A stretch of 64,000 nucleotides of DNA from Chiloscyllium plagiosum (lineage: Eukaryota). Position 1 is the stretch's first letter. Every line of letters begins with the position of its first letter. Below, piece after piece: positions 23,185-36,222 of the stretch. The DNA lies in contig NC_057758.1 of NCBI RefSeq assembly GCF_004010195.1, positions 7,146,277 to 7,210,276 of the forward strand, in the 5' to 3' direction. A program made the position numbers and the translations under genes. The notes below the pieces were generated by a model. The model searched no databases. It saw only the letters and a list, made by a program, of their open reading frames with translations, and had not been told where the DNA came from.

Positions 23185-24560
23185 TACCGTCACGATTCCT
23201 CACCTTTTCCTCTGCTGCAACAATGACTAAATCGGTGCCACCTCATGATCTCAAAAGGAGGATGAACAGTTCTTCAACTTCGTAAACACATTCCACCCTG
23301 ACCTTAAGGTCACTTGGATCATCTCACTCACCTCACTCCCCTTCATGGACGTCTCCATCTTCATCTCTGGTGACTGACTAACCATGGACATCTACTGCAA
23401 TCCCACCGATTCCCAGATCTACCTGTACTACTTCTCCTTCCATTCTGTCTCCTGTAAAAACGTCATTCCTTATTCCCAAGTCCCCTGCCTCCTCCTCACA
23501 TGCTTCCAGGTTGACTAATTCCACGTTATATAATCTCAAATTGACTCATTCTTCCTTGACCACAAATACCTTTCCCACGTGGTCGACGATGCCATCCAGC
23601 GCATCTCCTCCATTTCCCATACCTCCCCACTTGAACACCGCCGGTCCCAACGAAATAAGGTCAGAGACCCGCAGTCTACATCTTCCAGCTCACCAACCAG
23701 CAGACACTTCACCTCATACTCAGCCACTTCCGCCACATACAAACCCCACTGCCAGAGATATATTTTCTCCGTGCAGCTATCAGTGTTCCCTAGTCAACAT
23801 TCGCTCCATGGCTCTCTTGTCAGATCCACGCCAATCCACCAGTCCACACCCCATTCCCGACACCTTCCCCTGCCAATGCAGGAAGTGCAAATCCTGCGCC
23901 ATCACCTCTCCCCTCACCTCTTTCCAAGGCCACAACGGAGCCTTCCACATCTGACAGAAATTTACCTGAACTTCAGCAAATCGCATTCACTGCGTAAGTT
24001 GCACCCAAAGTGGTTTCCTGTACATCCGGGCGACAGGATGCCATCTTCTGGATCCTTCCAGAGAAAATCTCTGGGACACACGCACTAACTAACTCCATCG
24101 CCCCTTGGCTGAACACTTTAAGTCTCCCTCCCACTCCATCAATGACATTGAGGTCCTGGGCCTCCTCCAATCACCATCCCCTAACCACCCGACGCCTGGA
24201 GGAAGAACTGCCTTGGGACCCTGCAACCACATGCGTTCAATGTGGATTCCAACAGATTCCTCATTTCACCTCCCCTGGATTTATCCTAGATCCAACCCGA
24301 CAAATCAGCACCGCCTTCCTAACTTATCGATCACCTTTCCCATCAATCTGCTCCATCCTCCTCTCCGATCTATCACCAAATCTCCCACATTCATCGTCTA
24401 TCGTATTCACATCTACCTTCTCCTCAACGCCACTCCCTTCCATTTATATACTTACACCACGACCCGCAAGCACTAATCCTGATTAAGGGCTTATGCCAGG
24501 AACATCAATTCTGCTGCTCCTCGGATGCCGCCTGACCTGCTTTGCTGTTCCATCGTCATA
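23185..24560 (+). mobile_element. Penelope-like retroelement, 5'-truncated (RT C-terminus, GIY-YIG, terminal repeat), decayed
   Basis: LPFMDVSI..MDIYCNPTDSQIYL..CKNVIPYSQ and TFPCQCRKCKSCA motifs, ending in a CTGATTAAGGGCTTATGCC terminal repeat. Confidence 0.85.
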
Positions 24561-25189
24561 CACACAGAATGAGACCTGATGGATAATATTTCATGAAGCC
24601 CCATTACCACCCCGGGTATACCTTGACACACAGTCACCGTGGAATACGTTTAGGAAAGGAGTTACCCTGGAATTACACAACATTGATTTTAGAATTCGGG
24701 AAATCTCATGGTAACAGGTCAAAGTTGGTCAAGAAAATCGCCTGATGATGTACATCTACTTCCCTCCTCACCACGCCTCATTGATAACTCAGTTCCCCAT
24801 GACGTAGGCAACAATCGGATGAAGCACTGAGGCAGACAAGGACACAAAACGTACTCTGAGTGTGGGACTAAAAGGTCTCTGCAGGTGTCTCTGCAGGTCC
24901 ACCAAAAACTGAGCTGGGCGAGGCGAGAAATATACAGTAGCCCGACTTTGTGAAGTGAAGCGGGAATCAAAAATAAGGAATCATTCTCACAAACTACTTG
25001 TCACAAATGGATGTGTCCCTAACGGTATCTGTAGGATCGGGAAGCACACAGTCCTGAGCGCGGGGACGTCTCAGTCTCATATTGAAGATACCGTCCACTG
25101 TATTATGTGGCACTACCTCCTGTGAAGTAGGACATACCTCGAATATATCGAGAAAATGGAATGTGAGCATCCATGAGGCACTGTGGGCT

Positions 25190-25320
25190 GTCGACAGCTG
25201 CATCATCAACGACCTTCCGTCCCTGATAAAGTCAGAAATGGGCTGTTCACTGATGGTTCCAAAATATTCAGCACCATTCACAACTATACCTATACTGAAG
25301 CAAGTTATTCAGCACATCAA
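25190..25320 (+). mobile_element. LINE RT remnant (FADD region)
   Basis: SCIINDLPSLIKSEMG followed by CTGTTCACTGATG (LFTD), a degenerate INDLP...FADD RT motif. Confidence 0.6.
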
Positions 25321-25479
25321 GAGTATTAATCAGGGATCGAATAAGGCCATTCAGCTATTCGAGGCAGTTTCTCAGCAACGTGAGCAGATCTTTCCATCTC
25401 TCATGACTGTTACACAGGAAATGGAAGGTAACATTCATCCATTCAAAACAGCCATAAACAAATACGTAGTGGACTGATT

Positions 25480-28400
25480 AGTAAGGCAGGTGCAGAGTTA
25501 AAGTTGGTTTAAATAAGTCTTTATCAGGTAACACAAATTAACAACTGCAGTGACACATTGATCCGTGCTGGGGCCTCACCTATTTGCAAACGATATCATG
25601 GTTTCAATAAATGCAACAAACGTGCTCGAACTAAATTTGAAATGACACTAAGCGAGACAGGAACTGAAGTTATCAAGAGGAGGTAGAGAATCTCTAATTG
25701 AATAAGCAATTTGCGAGCTGGAATATAACGTGGGTAACCACGAATCTGTGAATGTTTCAGGCAAAATGAAACGTTGTATACTACATAAACAGGGAGAGAT
25801 TACAGGAGTCAATGATACAGTGTGTACCAGAAAGTTCACTCTGACACTTTCAGACATCGGAGGTGTTGCTTCATCTCCATGATGGTCTGCTCACCGATGT
25901 TCCCGGGGCCCCATTGCTCTCAGTACACACCTGGTAGTTAGACGTGGTTGGTTGACGACTGGGACTCAACTTTATTTCCTCTTGGAAAATAAGACAGGGT
26001 ATGTGATTGAGCTGTTACACTCATATCATTTTGTAACGAGTGATTGTCATTCCCTTATTTTGACAATAGTTCCGGAAAAGGCTGAACCTTGTCCACAAAT
26101 TAACTTTATAATTATGGGCAATGTTGATGGCATTAGGCAGGAAAATACAAAAGATAATCACAGAAAAACTGTTTGAGTTTGAAGGACGTTTGGAAGTGGG
26201 CATCTTTCAAAAGCGAGATAATTAAAGTCCAGTGACAACGTGTTCCTGTTAGTGTGAAAAGAAATGTTCGCAGGAATAGGGAATACCACATGACAGGAGA
26301 TATTGTGATTTGGTCAATGAAAAAGAAGGAGACATATGTCTGTTGTGAGAAGCGAGGATCAAAGGAATCCCTTGAGCGTCCAGGGTGTTAGAGTACATTT
26401 ACGGCGGAAATCAGAAGGGCAAACAGGGAACATGTGATCGCTTTGGCTGATCAGGTTAAAGGGAATGGAAAAAAAAATCCTGCAAGTATATTAAGCGCAA
26501 AAGACAAACTAAGGAGGGAATAGGGCTGCTTAAAAATCAAACTGCAAACTATGTGTGTTTCCACAGGAGATGAATTAGGTTTATTACGTTTATTGTCACA
26601 TGTACTCACATGAGAACAGTGAATAGTTTACAAATCACGACATGTGACACAATCTTACATAAAGAGGTAAACCCCTCCAGCTACAGAATCTTAGTGAAAA
26701 GTGGAAAAATAAAAACACCAGAGCTAAAATGTAAAACATTGCAGCCCTTCATTTAACAGTGGAAATATAGAAAGACAGTGACAAGTTCAACAACACAGTC
26801 CATAAGCGCTTGGCCAAGCTGGATACACACTTCTCATAAGGACTGAAACTCCCAGACTCCTCTGCCTTACAGCCTGCTCCTGTTCTATGAGTGAGATCAT
26901 ACACAAACATATCCCGCATCAATATTTACTGTGGAAAAAAAGCTGGAAGTGAGGCAACTCAGGGAAATAAATCCATGCAGTGATGTTTTGAAACGAGACC
27001 AAATTACAGAAGAGGAAGTGGTGAAGTTTTTCAAATTCATAACCGTAGATTAATACCCACGACCTGTTCAAGCATATCCCAGGTCATTGTGGGAAGCTGG
27101 GGAAGTCATTGTGGAGCCGCTAGCGGAGATATTCGTATTATCCTCAGAGTTGTGATGAAGGGTCCCTGGACCCGAAACATTATCTCTGTATTCTCTGCAC
27201 AGATGTTGCCAGACCAGTTGAAATTTACCAGATAATTTTTGTCTTGTTTCCGATGAAGCATTTGCAGTTAGTTCAGACTTTATTTGTATCATTGAGAACC
27301 ACGGGTGACGTGATGAAGGGCTCGAAGACAGATAATATTGTAATATTAATTTGAAAACGGTATTAAGGAAAAGGCAGGGAACTACAGCGTGGTGTGTTTG
27401 ATGTCAAGGGTGCGTAATTATTTGGAACAGATTCTCAGAAGCAGGATTTACATGAAATTGTAACGGCAAGTACTAATTTTGGAGTTATCACGGCTTTGTG
27501 TATGATAAAATGTGTCTCTAAACTTGTTTGAAACCTTTCAAGACGTGACCAAGAACATCGATAAAGGGAAAGCAGCATACGTTGTCAACGTGGACGTTAG
27601 TGAGGCCAAGAAGGTTCTGCATGGTAGTCTGGTTAATAAGGTTAGATCACAGGGGATCAGGGAGAGCTAGCCAATTCGATTCAAAAGTTAGCTTGACAAC
27701 AGGTGAGAGAGTGTGGTTGGAGAGATTTGTGGTCCTAACTGATATCCTGTGACCAGCAGTGTGCCACAGGACCAGGCATCTGCTGTTTGTTATCTTTATA
27801 AATGATTTGGTTGAGAATATAGGTACCATGGATATTACGTTTGTTGACAAAACCAAAGTTTGTGTTGTAGTGAAAGGTGAGAGGGTCATTTCAAATGGCA
27901 ATGAGATCTTGATCAACTGGATCAGTGGGCCATGTAATGGCAGATGGAGCTTTATGCAGATAAATGAGGGCAGAATTTAATAGTTAATTGTAGGGCTGTA
28001 GGAAGTGTTGTCGAGCAGAGACACCTGGGGTGGAGTAAGACAGTTGCTTGAAAGTGGACCAGCAGGAAGAAACGGCAGTGAATAAGGGGTTAGAAATTCT
28101 TACCTTCATCGTTTAGAGCATTGAGTATAGGAATTGGGACATCAGGTTATTGCTGTACATGAGAATGATAAATCTACTTTGAGAGTATTGAGTACAGTTC
28201 ATGTTACCCTTCTATCGGAAGGATGTTATGAACTGGAAAGAGTATAAAATATTTAAAATGATGCCACGGAGTCTGGAAGTTTTGAGACATAAGGATAGCG
28301 GTAACATTGAAAACGATCTGGATCTCCCTGCACACCAGTCACTGAAAGCAATATTGCGGGAACAGAAAGTAGTTTGGAAAATAAATGGTCTGTTGACCCT

Positions 28401-28690
28401 CATCGTAACGGGACTTGAGTACAGGAGTAAGTAGCTGTACAGGGCCTGGGTGAGCCCCCATGTCGAACATTATGCAGTATGGTATGCAGTTTTCCTCTCC
28501 TTAGTTAATGAAGGAAAAACCTGACGTTGAGTGAGTGCAGCGAAGGATGACCTATCTGATCTCTAAGAGAACAAGCTTGTTGTGGGAGCATAGTTCGGGA
28601 CATGGGGTTTAGGCAAATGAGTGGAGATCTCAGTGAAATACATATATGTCTGTCAGGGCGAGAGGGATTGGAAGCAGGAATGATAATTCC
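25480..28690 (+). mobile_element. Cluster of heavily decayed CR1 LINE ORF2 fragments with nested insertions
   Basis: SDCHSL, LLFVIFINDL..TFVDKTKV and LPFYRKDV motifs, with many stops. Confidence 0.75.
27145..27275 (+). mobile_element. Short Penelope-like terminal repeat (family D) with decayed hammerhead, inserted in CR1
   Basis: CAGAGTT-GTGATGA-A-GGGTCC-CT-GGACCC-GAAA-CATT-ATCTCTG. Imperfect flanking duplication ATTCGTATTAT/ATTTGTATCAT. Paralogous copy at about 51578-51710. Confidence 0.6.
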
Positions 28691-28775
28691 CCTGATGAAG
28701 GAGCGTCGCTCCGAAAGCTAGTGTGCTTCCAATTAAAGCTGTTGGACTATAACCTGGTGTTGTGTGATTTTTAAC
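28691..28775 (+). mobile_element. Family B terminal-repeat fragment with hammerhead core
   Basis: CTGATGA-A-GGAGC-GTC-GCTCC-GAAA-GC-TA-GTG at 28692-28723, then GGACTATAACCTGGTGTTGTGTGATTTTTAAC. Confidence 0.7.
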
Positions 28776-29114
28776 CATATGCAATGAATGTCGCCTTGAC
28801 ATTCACCAGTATCAAAACAAAATTACACATCTCTTTGGATGTCCAGATATTAATACATGGAACAACCAAGAGAATGTATATGAAGAAAACAGGAGCAAAC
28901 ATCAAGCTAAGAATCACTTTAATAGCGGAACTTGGTGGATTTTGTCCAGAGTAGGTAAACACGCAGATATTTGCCTGGCACTGAGTTAAAAGTAATAATG
29001 TGCTCCATAACTGGAAGAATCGGCCTAACTCTCCTCGCCAGCTTCCTGACCTCACACACCTCACTCCCACACATGTTCACCAATTGATAAGGATCCACAA
29101 GCGGGGAGACACTT

Positions 29115-30500
29115 GAAACATAGAACAGTAGAGCACAGTGCAGACCCTTCGGTCTTGATGTTGTGCCGGCCTTTTGTCCTACCCTAAATTCAGACTACCC
29201 TACATATCCTTCATTGCACTACCTTCCATGTGCCTGTCCAGCAATCGCTTAAATATTGTATCTGACTCGACTGGACTGTCAGCAGTACAATTCATGCACC
29301 CACCAACTCTTAAAGAACCAAATCCGATATCTCCCCTAAAAATTCTTCCAAGCACCTTAATGTTATGCCCAGTCTTGATAGACATGTTTTCCCGGGAAAA
29401 AAAAGTCTTGGCTATCCACTCTATCTATGAGTCTCAATATCTCATACACGATATCAAGTCACGTCTCATCCTTCTTTTCTCCAATGTGAAAAGCACTGGC
29501 TCCCTCAAGGTTTCTTCATAAGACGTGCCCACCAGTCTAGGCAGTATCCTGTTAACTATCCTTTGCATGCTCTCTAAAACTTCTACGTTCTTCGTGTAAT
29601 GAGGCGTCAGAACTGAACACAATATTCCAAGTGAGATGCAACCAAGGTTCGAAAGAGCTGCAGCATAACAACGCGGCTTTCAAACACAATCCCCCTGCTA
29701 ATTAAAGCCAAAACAACATAGGCCTTCTTAATACCTTATCAACTTGGGTGGCAACTCTGAATGATCTATGTACATGTACCACAAGATGCCTACGTTCCTC
29801 CACACCTCAAAGAATCCTGCCTTTATCTCCGTATTCTGCATTAAAATTCGACCATTCAAAACAAATCACTTCAAACTTTTCCTGTTTGAACCCCAAATCT
29901 CACTTATCAATCCAGTTCTGCATTTGGTCAACCTGCAATAGCCTTCTTCACTACCCACAACTCCACTAACCTTCGTATCAACCCACACTTCCAGTTCCTC
30001 ATCCAAGTCATTTATCAAATTTACAAGGAGTAGAGGTCCCAAAACTGATCCCTGTGGAACACCACTGGTCACTGACCTCCAGGCTGAATACTTTCCATCT
30101 ACTACACCCCCTGTCTTCTATGGGCCAGCCAGTTCTGTATCCAGACGGCCAGATGTCCCTGTATCCCATGCCGCCTTACTTTCTGAATGAGCCTCCCACG
30201 GAAACCTTATCAAACACCTTGCTAAATTCCATGTACTTCATATCTACTGCTCTACCTTCAATAATGTGTTTTGTCACACCCTCAAACAATTCAATAAGGT
30301 TTGTGAGGTATGACCTGCCCCTCACAAAGCCATGCTGACTATGCCAAATCAAACTGTGGTTTTATAAGTAATTATAAATACTGTCTCTCCAACAGTTTGC
30401 CTAAGACTGACGTAGGACTAACACGTCTGTTTTTCCCATGATCATCCCTATTCCTTTTTCTGAACAAGTAAATGACATTTACCCACCTCCAAACATGTGG
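29115..30500 (-). mobile_element. CR1 LINE 3' part (RT and tail)
   Basis: TSGVPQGSVLGPLLLVNLINDLDE, SYEETLRE..FTLEKRRMRRDLI and FKRLLDRHM. Confidence 0.9.
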
Positions 30501-30795
30501 CACGACTGCATTGACAGTGAGGAAACAAAGATCATTGCTAAATGCGCAGCAATGTAATTGCTCGCTTCCTGTTGTAATCTCGAGAAATCTGCACTTTGCT
30601 CGAAATTGACCAGGGAATTTATCTATCGTTATGTTTGTACTTCGCCTCCACTTGTCTCCTCCATAAGCCCTGTTTAAATAACTGATAAACTGTTTTCCAT
30701 TGTCGTGATATATGCAGTGCTGCCTTCTTTGAACAAGCATCGTTCCCAATCACGTTGAAACATGAAATCGAAAATAATGGGAAGACACGAATGCC

Positions 30796-31830
30796 TTTAT
30801 GATGAAGGCTTATGCCTAAGACGCTAAGAATTGTTCTCCTTGGATACTGCCTGACCTCCCGTGCTTTTCCAGAGTCATAGTTTTCGACTCGGACTCTCCA
30901 GCAAATGCAGACTGCACTTTGTCCATTGCTGAGAGGTGAGTCGAAGAGTGTGGTGCTGGAAGAGCACTGCTGGTTGGCAGCATCTGAAGAGCAGAAGAAT
31001 CGATGTTTCAAGCACAAGCTCTTCAACAAGAATTAGGCTTGAGGCCCAAGGGGGCTGAGAGATAAGTACGAGGGTTGTGGGGTTGAGCAGAAGATAGCTA
31101 GAAATGTGAAAGATAGATGACAGTGGGTTGAAGGTGATCAGTTGTCGAGAAGAGTAGAGCTTATATGTGAGAAGAAAGAGAGACGGGGGGGCAGTACTTC
31201 GATAGGGCATTGCTGAGTTAGAGGGTTGGATTTCGGACAATATGATGAGTGGAGAAATGAGAAAGCTGATGAAATCCACATTGATTACATATGGTTGAAG
31301 AGTTTTAAGATGGAAGATGAGGCGTTCTTCCACCAGGTCTCAGGTGGTTCGGGTTTGGTGGTGGAGGAGGCCCAGCACATGTGTGCCTTTGGCAGAGTGG
31401 GAGGGACTTCAAAGTGTTTGACCACAGGGTGGTGGGGTTATTTCATACGTGTGTTCCCGAGATGTTCACTGGAAAATTCCACGTTTTGCTGTCCTGTCTC
31501 CTGAATGTAGAGGTCACCACATCGAGAGAGACGGGCATAGTAGATGACATGTGCGAAAGTATCGGTGAATCTCTGTCAGATGCGTGACAGACACTTTGGA
31601 GCCGTGGGCAGAACTCTGGGGTACGGGTAACACGTCTTGCGGTTGAAGGGGGAGGTGCTGGGAGTGGAGGGTGTGTTAATGGGTGGGTGGCTCGGAACTG
31701 ACAAGGGGGTCAGGGAGAGAACGCAGATACGTTTGGGCAGGGAGACATATACCTGATGGTATGGTCTGTACGTAAGTGGCGGAAATGACGGAGGATAACG
31801 CGCTGCATCCGCAGGTTGATTGGATGGAAG
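30796..31830 (-). mobile_element. Penelope-like element (GIY-YIG C-terminus) with inverted terminal repeats at 30796-31030
   Basis: MEERLIFHLKTLQPYVINVDFISF matches the EEERLIFRLGTLQPQGMNLDF C-terminus at about 38850. Family A-like repeats occur in both orientations. Confidence 0.8.
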
Positions 31831-31849
31831 TGGACGACAGTTGAAAATT

Positions 31850-32515
31850 TGGGGAAGTTAGTTGTGATATCTTAGAGACATTCCATATCACAGTAGAAAA
31901 GGTGTTGGACTTTCTACAATGTATGAAGATGGTTAAATCTCACGGGCCTTACTAGATAAAGACAAGAACAGTGCAAGAGACGACAGAAGCATTTGCTGGG
32001 TCCCTGGCTGATAATTCAGATCATAATTAACCACAGGAGCCATCACGGAAGACTAGTGGATAGCAAATGTTGTGCACTTATTCAAGAAGGATTGGGAAAA
32101 AAAGCTGAAAATATAGACGACTAAGCTTATTATCTGTGGTAGGTAAGTTAATTGAGAAGATTCACAAGAATAGGATATACATGCATTTGCTGAAAAATGT
32201 ATTGCTGGAAAAGCGCAGCAAGTCCGGCAGCATCCATCGAGGAGAAGAATCGACATTTCGGGCTTATGCCCGAAACGTCTTTTCTCCTCCTCCTCGGATG
32301 CTGCCTGACCAGCTGCGCTTTTCCAGAAACACATTTTTCAGCTCTGATCTCCAGTATCTGCAGTCCTCACTTTCTCCAATACATGCATTTGTAATGAAAG
32401 GGCTTGATTAGGAACAGTAAACATGGCTTTGTGCATGAAAGTTCAAGCCTAAAGTTTTTATTATTAAATTTACTTCAATGAATTGAGCTGGAAGCTTGAC
32501 GAGGGTTGGGCGGTA
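31850..32515 (+). mobile_element. CR1 LINE ORF2 fragment
   Basis: KSHGP, W.IANVVHLFKK and KHGFV motifs. Confidence 0.7.
32190..32378. mobile_element. Fold-back Penelope-terminal-repeat element (family A) with 13-bp TSD
   Basis: ATACATGCATTTG at 32177-32189 and 32379-32391, with inverted arms between. Confidence 0.85.
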
Positions 32516-34560
32516 GAACATCGAACATACAACAATACAGCTTAGCACAGGCCCTTAGGCCCTCAATGTTGCGGCGACCTATGAACTATTCTCACTGTGC
32601 AGTGGCACAGTGGTTAGCACTGCTGCCTCACAGCACCAGTGACACGGGTTCAATTCCCGCCTCAGGCGACTGATGGTGTGGAGTTTGCATGTTCTCCGCG
32701 TATCTGCGTGGGTTTCTTCCAGGTGCTCCGGTTTTCTCCCACAGTCCAAAGATGTGCAGGTCAGGTGAATTGGCCATGCTAAATTGTCCGTAGTGTTCGG
32801 TCAGGGGTAAATGTAGGGGTATGGTTGGGTTTCGCTTTGGCGGGACGGTGTGGACTTGTTGGGCTGAAGGGCCTGTTTTCACACTGTAAGTAATCTAATC
32901 TAATCTAAAAACCATCCATGTGTTATCCAAGGATTGTTTAAATCTCCGTAATGTGGCTGAGTTAACTGAATTAGCAGGTAGGGTTTCCACTCGCTTACCA
33001 CTCTCGAAGTAAAGAACCTACCTCTGACATCTGTCTTAAATCTATAACGCCTCAATTTGCAGTTATGACCCGTCGAACAAGCTGACGTCATCAACCTAGG
33101 AAAAAAGACGTTCACAGTATACCCTATCTAATCGTCTGCTCATCTTGTATGTCTCTAATAAATCCCCTGCTCGCCTTCTTCTTTCCAATGAGAACAAACC
33201 CAAGTCGCTCAGCTGTTCTTCATTAGAACTTCCATCCAGACCAGGCAACATCCTGTTAAATCTTCTCTGCACCTTTTTCGATGCTTTCCATATCCTTCCT
33301 GAAATTTGGCAACGAGAACTGTCCACAGTATTCCAAGTGCGGCCGCACTAGCGTTTTCAATATTTCCGGCATGATATTGCGGCTCCAGAACTCAATACAT
33401 CTACCAATGAAAGCGAACACACCATATGCCTTCTTAATAGCACTAACACCCTGGGTGGCAACTTTCAGGGATCTATGTACAGGGACTCCAAGATCCCTCT
33501 GCACATCCATACTACAAAGGATCTTTCCATTGACCCAGTATTCTGCCTTCCTGTTCTTCTTCCCAACGAGAATCACTTCACACTTAGCTGCATTGAACTC
33601 CATTTGCCACCTCTCAGCCCAAATCTGCAGTTTATCGAAGTCCCCCTGCAATCTGTAACATTGTTCCGAACTGTCTACTACGCCAAGGACTTTATTGTCA
33701 GCTGCAAATTTACTGATCCATCCACCTATGCCTGCGTCTAAGTCTTTTATAAAAATGACAAACAGCAGCGGTCCCAAAACAGAACCTTGTGGCACAATAT
33801 TAGTTACTGGACTCCAGGTTGAATATGTTCTATCAACCACCACTCGCTGCCTTCTTTCAGAAAGCCAGTTTCTTATCCAAACTGCTAAATCACCCTCAGT
33901 CTCATGCCTCCACATTTTGTCCAAAAGCATACCATATGGAATCTTATCAAATGCCTGACTGAACTTCATGCATGCCACGTCAATAGCCTACCCTCATCTA
34001 CACGCTGTGTCACCTACACAAAAAACTCATTGAGCTTTGTGAGACACCGTCTGCCCTTGACGAAACCATGTTGAATATTTGAAACCAAATTGTTGCTTGC
34101 TGGATTGTTAGAAATCCTATCTCTTATAATCATTTACAAAACCTTTCCTACAAAAGAATTAGGGCTCTCAGGTCTATAATTACCTGGGTTATCTCTACTG
34201 CCCTTCTTGAAGAAGGACATAACATTTGTCCCCTAGTCCTCTGGTACGAAACCAGTAGAAAATGACGACTCAAGTATCAAAGTCAAAGGCTCTGCAATCT
34301 CCTCCCTAGCTTCACAGAGAATCCTCGAATACATCCCATCCGGCCCAGGGGACTTATCTACTTTCACTCCTTCTAATATTTATACCATCTCTTTGAAACT
34401 AACCTCGATCCTTTCTAGTCTAATATTTCTGTCTCATTCTTCCCCTCTACAATATTCTCCTTTTCCTGAATGAACACCAATGAGAAATGTTCGTTTAGCA
34501 CCTGTCCGATCTCAAGAGGGCCCACACTCAACTTCCCACTTCTGTCTTTGACTGGCCCTA
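32516..34560 (-). mobile_element. CR1 LINE ORF2 (RT), relatively well preserved, runs into gap
   Basis: 240-aa ORF 33256-33978 contains FSQAFDKIP, VPQGSVLGPLLFVIFIKDLD, KFAADNK, WQMEFNAAKC, QRDLGV and LVRPHLEYC. Confidence 0.93.
32598..32906 (+). mobile_element. tRNA-derived SINE (HE1-like), well preserved, inserted in CR1 tail
   Basis: A box TGGCACAGTGG, B box GGTTCAATTCC and a (TAATC)n tail. Confidence 0.92.
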
Positions 34561-36023
34561 NNNNNNNNNNNNNNNNNNNNNNNNNNNNNNNNNNNNNNNN
34601 NNNNNNNNNNNNNNNNNNNNNNNNNNNNNNNNNNNNNNNNNNNNNNNNNNNNNNNNNNNNNNNNNNNNNNNNNNNNNNNNNNNNNNNNNNNNNNNNNNNN
34701 NNNNNNNNNNNNNNNNNNNNNNNNNNNNNNNNNNNNNNNNNNNNNNNNNNNNNNNNNNNNNNNNNNNNNNNNNNNNNNNNNNNNNNNNNNNNNNNNNNNN
34801 NNNNNNNNNNNNNNNNNNNNNNNNNNNNNNNNNNNNNNNNNNNNNNNNNNNNNNNNNNNNNNNNNNNNNNNNNNNNNNNNNNNNNNNNNNNNNNNNNNNN
34901 NNNNNNNNNNNNNNNNNNNNNNNNNNNNNNNNNNNNNNNNNNNNNNNNNNNNNNNNNNNNNNNNNNNNNNNNNNNNNNNNNNNNNNNNNNNNNNNNNNNN
35001 NNNNNNNNNNNNNNNNNNNNNNNNNNNNNNNNNNNNNNNNNNNNNNNNNNNNNNNNNNNNTTGTTAATATGGACATGCTTCACGAGACCCCGTCCTCGTA
35101 AATACCAGCAATTTCCCCGCCACAACCCTGTAAATACTGATACATACCTCGGCATCACCCGTTAATTACGAACACACTGACAGGGAAAAAAAAACAATTA
35201 ATACTGACACAGTCCCTGGTAACTTCACCCCCGGAAGTACCGACATATTCCTCGTCCCAGAGATCACACTCTTTGGAAATATGGAATAAATCGCTCTCAC
35301 AGGCAGTTTAGTTTAGTTTTAGTTCCCTGTTGGAACTGGCTCACTCCTCGGGAACACCCCTGTAAATATTGACACATACCCCGCTAACGACCTGTAAATG
35401 CCAACACACTCCCCGGGACCCCTTCTTTAAATACTGACATACTCCCTGGGGCCCACTCTATAAACACAGGCTCTCTCACAGGAACCGCCTGTAAATACTA
35501 ATACAGTGCCTGGGACCTGCCGTGTAAAACCTTACCCACCCCCCAAGTCACCCCTGTAAATACCGTCACACTGCACTGTAAGTACTGATATACTCCTCAC
35601 ACCACTCCTGTAAATATAGACGCACTCCCTGGGACACGCCTCTAAATCCTGACACACACCCCGAAATGTAGCTGTAAACAATGGCACACTCTCCTGCGTA
35701 TTCCTTTAAATGCTGACGCACACTCCGGGCCCCAATTTAAATTCTGCCACTTTTGCCTGAAACATGTGTAAATGCTGGTGCATTCCACAGAAACTCCTGC
35801 AAGTACTGCCATATTGGCTGGGACGCACATTCCCAACACCACCATGTAAAGTCTAAGTTACTCCCGGGGACATCTCGGTAAATGCTGGCAATCTCCACGG
35901 GACCACACTTGTGAATACTGGCACTATACCTGGGATCACCCTGTAAGTACTAACTCACTCACCAGGACGCCCTGTGAATACTGACACACTGCCTGGGGAG
36001 ACCCTATAAATACTGACAAAATG

Positions 36024-36222
36024 GAGAAAGTGAGGACTGCAGATGCTGGAGATCAGAGCTTAAAAATGTGTTGCTGGAAAGCGCAGAAGGTCAGGCAGCA
36101 TCAAAGGAACCGGAGAATCGACGTTTCGGCCCTTCTTCAAAGAAGGGCTTATGCCCGAAACGTCGATTCTCCTGCTCCTTTGATGCTGCCTGTCCTGCTG
36201 CGCTTTTCCAGCAACACATTTT
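36024..36222. mobile_element. Fold-back Penelope-terminal-repeat element (family A) with perfect 17-bp TSD
   Basis: TAAATACTGACAAAATG at 36007-36023 and 36223-36239. Confidence 0.88.

Larger units (their letters stand above)
12057..28310. repeat. Segmental duplication unit 1 (satellite, CT/GA tract, GPCR, TE-filled flank)
   Basis: Colinear with 35061-52760. Start TTGTTAATATGGACATGCTTCACGAGACCCCG and end GAGTCTGGAAGTTTTG.GACATAAGGATAG are shared. Confidence 0.92.

Noticed and set aside
28771..29070. Hydrophobic 99-aa minus ORF as the missing TM1 exon
   Set aside because: There is no convincing phase-1 donor after the hydrophobic stretch, no recognisable family N-terminal motif, and no counterpart in unit 2.
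32598..32665. tRNA gene (A and B boxes)
   Set aside because: It is the tRNA-derived head of a SINE, continuous with the SINE core and tail.
33256..33978. Functional or domesticated reverse transcriptase
   Set aside because: The catalytic motif reads FAAD instead of FADD, and the ORF is flanked by frameshifts. It is an ordinary CR1 fragment.
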